From NCBI RefSeq assembly GCF_963921235.1, contig NC_086097.1:225806001-225870000 (forward strand): a stretch of 64,000 bases of DNA, read 5' to 3'. The translations under genes and the position numbers were made by a program. Source of the DNA: Mobula hypostoma. Its lineage: Eukaryota. Shown one piece after another: positions 60,722 through 64,000 of the stretch (positions are counted from its first letter, which is position 1; each line of letters opens with the position of its first letter). Under the pieces are notes generated by a model that was given only the letters and a program-made list of their open reading frames with translations, ran no database searches and was not told where the DNA came from.

Positions 60722-63684
60722 CTGGAAGGGGTGAGTAATTATGCAATCAATTATTTTATGTTTAATAGTTGTAATAAATTTAGACCAATTTGTAGAGATT
60801 TGTTTTCACTTTGACACGAAAGAGTTTTATTTTCTGTTGATCGGCATCATAAAAGCCAAATTAAATCCATTATGATCCGATTAATGCTGTAAAACTTCCA
60901 AGAGGGGTGAATACTTTTCATAGGCACTGTATCTTATGGTCTTATAAGAAAGACTGAAGCACCTAAAAAGGAAATACCAAGAGAAAACAAAAGTAACTAG
61001 AATTAAGTCACAAATGGATAATAAAGTTCAAAGTACATATATGTCACCATATACAACCCTGATATTCATTGTATTGTGGGCATACTTGATAAATCCAGAA
61101 TAGAATTATAAACATGTTAGAATTAATGAAAGACTGCAACAACTGAGTGTTCAACGAATGTGCAAAATAAAACAAACTGTGCAAATACAAAAATAATAAT
61201 AAATAAATCATTTAAAAGTACTTTGCTTAGAGGAAAATTGCATGTTACAGATTGTGGTATCCAAAAGAAGCATTCAGGTATTTAGAAGTATTGCGTGTAG
61301 CTCACAGAACATCTCTGTGGTTCCCCTGTGCCACCTTAGATCTTTTCAATAAAGGCTATCTTTTATCTAAATGTTTATGAAATTATTATTTTATTTAGGT
61401 ACAAGATGGTGTTCATTATCTTCAGCTCTAATTATATTCTTAGGGAGGGTACATTAAATGTATTAAATTCCATTTCAGGACCAAAGTAATTATAGTTCAA
61501 TAGTTAAAACATAAATGCTGTTCAAAATGTACCTGTTGCTGAATACACCAGCCCTATCTTTCATTTAATAGGCAGATACAATGTCAACATTGAAGTTATT
61601 TCCACACTATCAGTAATGACTTCAACTCTATACCCTGTGAACGAGTGAGGTATCTCTCACAGATTTTGATAACTGTTCAGAATCAATAATTGTTATCAGA
61701 TTTATCTTGATATAATGATGAGCACTTTCCAAACACAAGATCAATATCCCAGTGTTTCAATATACTGACACTTGTTAGAGCTTGTGCTGTTCTGGAAAGT
61801 AAATATAGTTTTGTTCATATGCAATACAGAACATATTATTCTTCCTTTTCTGTCACCGCGTGATGATATAAAACTGTGGATTTCAATTAATAGAGAAGCT
61901 CAGGAGAAATCTTTCCCCATGAGAAGCTTCTGTGATGTTGTGGTGAGAAGTGGCATTTCTGAAATGGTTTTAATTGATGAATCAATCTGGAGCTATTGGA
62001 TGGGTTGTTCTGTACAGAATTTGGAAACTTGAATTTTCTAATGAACTGGTGTTTAAGATTATACTAGTTAAAATTGCAACCACAGATATTAGAAAAGATT
62101 ATTCATCTTTACAAATATGATTTGAAGAAAATGAAAAGGTTTTAATTCTGTGAGAGCTTTGTTAAAGGTATACTTCAATGTTAAGTGTTATGAAAAATCA
62201 ATAAGAACAGGTCAAATAACAATACAGAAATCTATAAAAATAAAGCAAATCTCAATTCTAGCAGGAAATAATGATGAATTTGGAATTGTCATGGCATCAT
62301 CATAGTTATCTCAAGATCTCTCCATTTATAAACTAACATTTATGTCATTTCCTAGAAGCCTTCTTTGCCTATAGAAATGCTAGTGCTCCTGGCAGCACAT
62401 GTATGCTGTGTGGAAAAATAAATAGACTTTATAAAGAGAATCTTGCATTTAAAAAAAATGAAAATGTGACTTAAATATCCTTTCAAATTCTCACTAATGA
62501 TACAAAAATGAATAGCTCCACCTAAATCAGCTTTACCTTTTCACTCCAAATTTAATGACCTTGTTATTGATGTTTAAACAAAGGCTCTGATTCAGTTTAA
62601 GTGCCACATACTTAAGTCTGATGTAATTTGCACCACCATCTCTCTGGATGTCTACAGTAAACTCAGAAAAATGCAAACAATCTAAGTTGGTAAAAACAGA
62701 TGCCACAGAAAAACTGAAATGTTTAGTTTGAAGCAAAGCAGGAGCCACATATCAAGAAAAAATATAACAAAAAGATTAGGAAATTCATGAAAGCAGATAT
62801 TGTGTGGTTGCTGTGTTAACTGAGAAGACTCCAAACTACCTTGAAAGCCATTTGCCTTGAATGTCATTTGGATGAAGCCTTATTCATTACAGATGTGTAA
62901 TAATGTTATGTTGCAAACAAAGTTTATGACATGGCTAGGAAATAGAAGGTAGAATGTTAAATCCTTGAAGCACCACCAGTTGTGTAATTAAAAGAGCTTG
63001 GGAACTGGAGGCTCATGTCCTTTGCGTGAAGTGGGGAAAGAGGGAACTGATGTGGAGCATATGGGAGAGATTGCACACAGTGAAAGAAGTAGAAACTCTG
63101 CCCATGACAGCATCTCACCACAAGTAGGAAGATTGTCAAGATACAAGTTAACATGTGAATAGGTTACAGAATAGGTGTATCATACATCAGTACTCTCAGT
63201 GCATCTCACTTACTATTTGACTACATAGTGACGTTCACACAACTCCACATTACCACACCCTTCACAAGTTCTAGTAACAAACCAGAAGCCCTCTAAGCAC
63301 AGAAGCCAAATGTATGCCATTGGTACATATCACTTTCCACATCATCTCTCCTTTATATTCAGATTTGGATCAGTGAAATGCTTTATTTTTCTTAACGACC
63401 AACATACCTCAGGGCAGCCTGCAAGTGTCAGCACACCTTCCCGCGGCAATATGGCATGCCCATAATGTTCAACACAAAAACATTCATAGACATTGGGCCT
63501 CTAACCTCCAGTCTCTGGCCTGGACTCCCAGACTTGAAGACAATGAACCTCTATCATCCAGTCTCTGGTGTAGAAATTCATCTCCAGTGATAAGCTCCAG
63601 CACACTGTGCCTTTGCTTTGCACACTGCCTCTGAAACTTTCCAGTGATTGGAGTTCATTGGTTGTTGGAGCAAGTGTGGGTTTG

Positions 63685-64000
63685 TTCGTTCATTATGTAC
63701 CATGTTGTATGACATAGGCGATCATGCTCTTTTCGTAGTAATGATTGTTCTGGGCAATTTTTTCTACAGAAGTGGTTCACCATTGCCTCCTCCTGGACAG
63801 TGTCTTTACAAGATGGGTGATGTCAGCTATTATCAATACTCTATCAGTATTCCACAGAAGTTGTCGGCCTGGCATCAGTGGGTGCATAGCCAGGAATTGT
63901 GATGTGTACCAGCTCCCCATGCGTCCGTCCACCACCTGCTGCCATGGTTTCACTTGATGCTGATCTGGGGCTAAGCAGATACTACACCTTGCCCAAGGGT
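63685..64000 (-). mobile_element. Second copy of the RTE-tailed SINE-like repeat, running off the window
   Basis: Inverted homology to about 33345-33645. Confidence 0.7.

Larger units (their letters stand above)
58193..60929 (+). mobile_element. Tc1/mariner transposon with both TIRs and TA TSD
   Basis: TA|CAGTCCCTATAAAAGTATTCACCCCT ... AGGGGTGAATACTTTTCATAGGCACTG|TA. Confidence 0.92.

Noticed and set aside
62533..63154. Short minus-strand ORFs as host exons
   Set aside because: No recognisable domain or convincing splice-site pair.
1..64000. CRISPR arrays, prokaryotic operons, tRNA or rRNA genes
   Set aside because: No regularly spaced repeats. The content is vertebrate TE DNA, and the tRNA-like pieces are SINE heads.

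Overview
Eukaryotic, gene-free (intronic or intergenic) and repeat-dense DNA. The repeat families (HE1/V-SINE-like SINEs, CR1, Rex1/Babar-type and Penelope-type elements) suggest a cartilaginous fish, probably a ray; this is inference. I found no host exon, RNA gene or CRISPR array. Most of the window is transposon-derived: many CR1 LINE fragments (one young copy keeps an uninterrupted 648-aa RT ORF and a 7-bp TSD), Rex1/Babar-type LINE fragments, a decayed Ty3/Gypsy pol, Tc1/mariner and hAT remnants, solo LTRs and SINEs. The most notable structure is a set of Penelope-like elements whose pseudo-LTRs carry minimal type I hammerhead ribozyme motifs (CUGAnGA...GAAACGUC). Two of these elements have an inverted architecture and 14-bp TSDs. 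One sits inside a four-level nest (CR1 > Tc1 > solo LTR > Penelope), in which each of the three inner insertions has a readable TSD. Family names come from motif recognition by eye, not database searches, and boundaries without a TSD are approximate.
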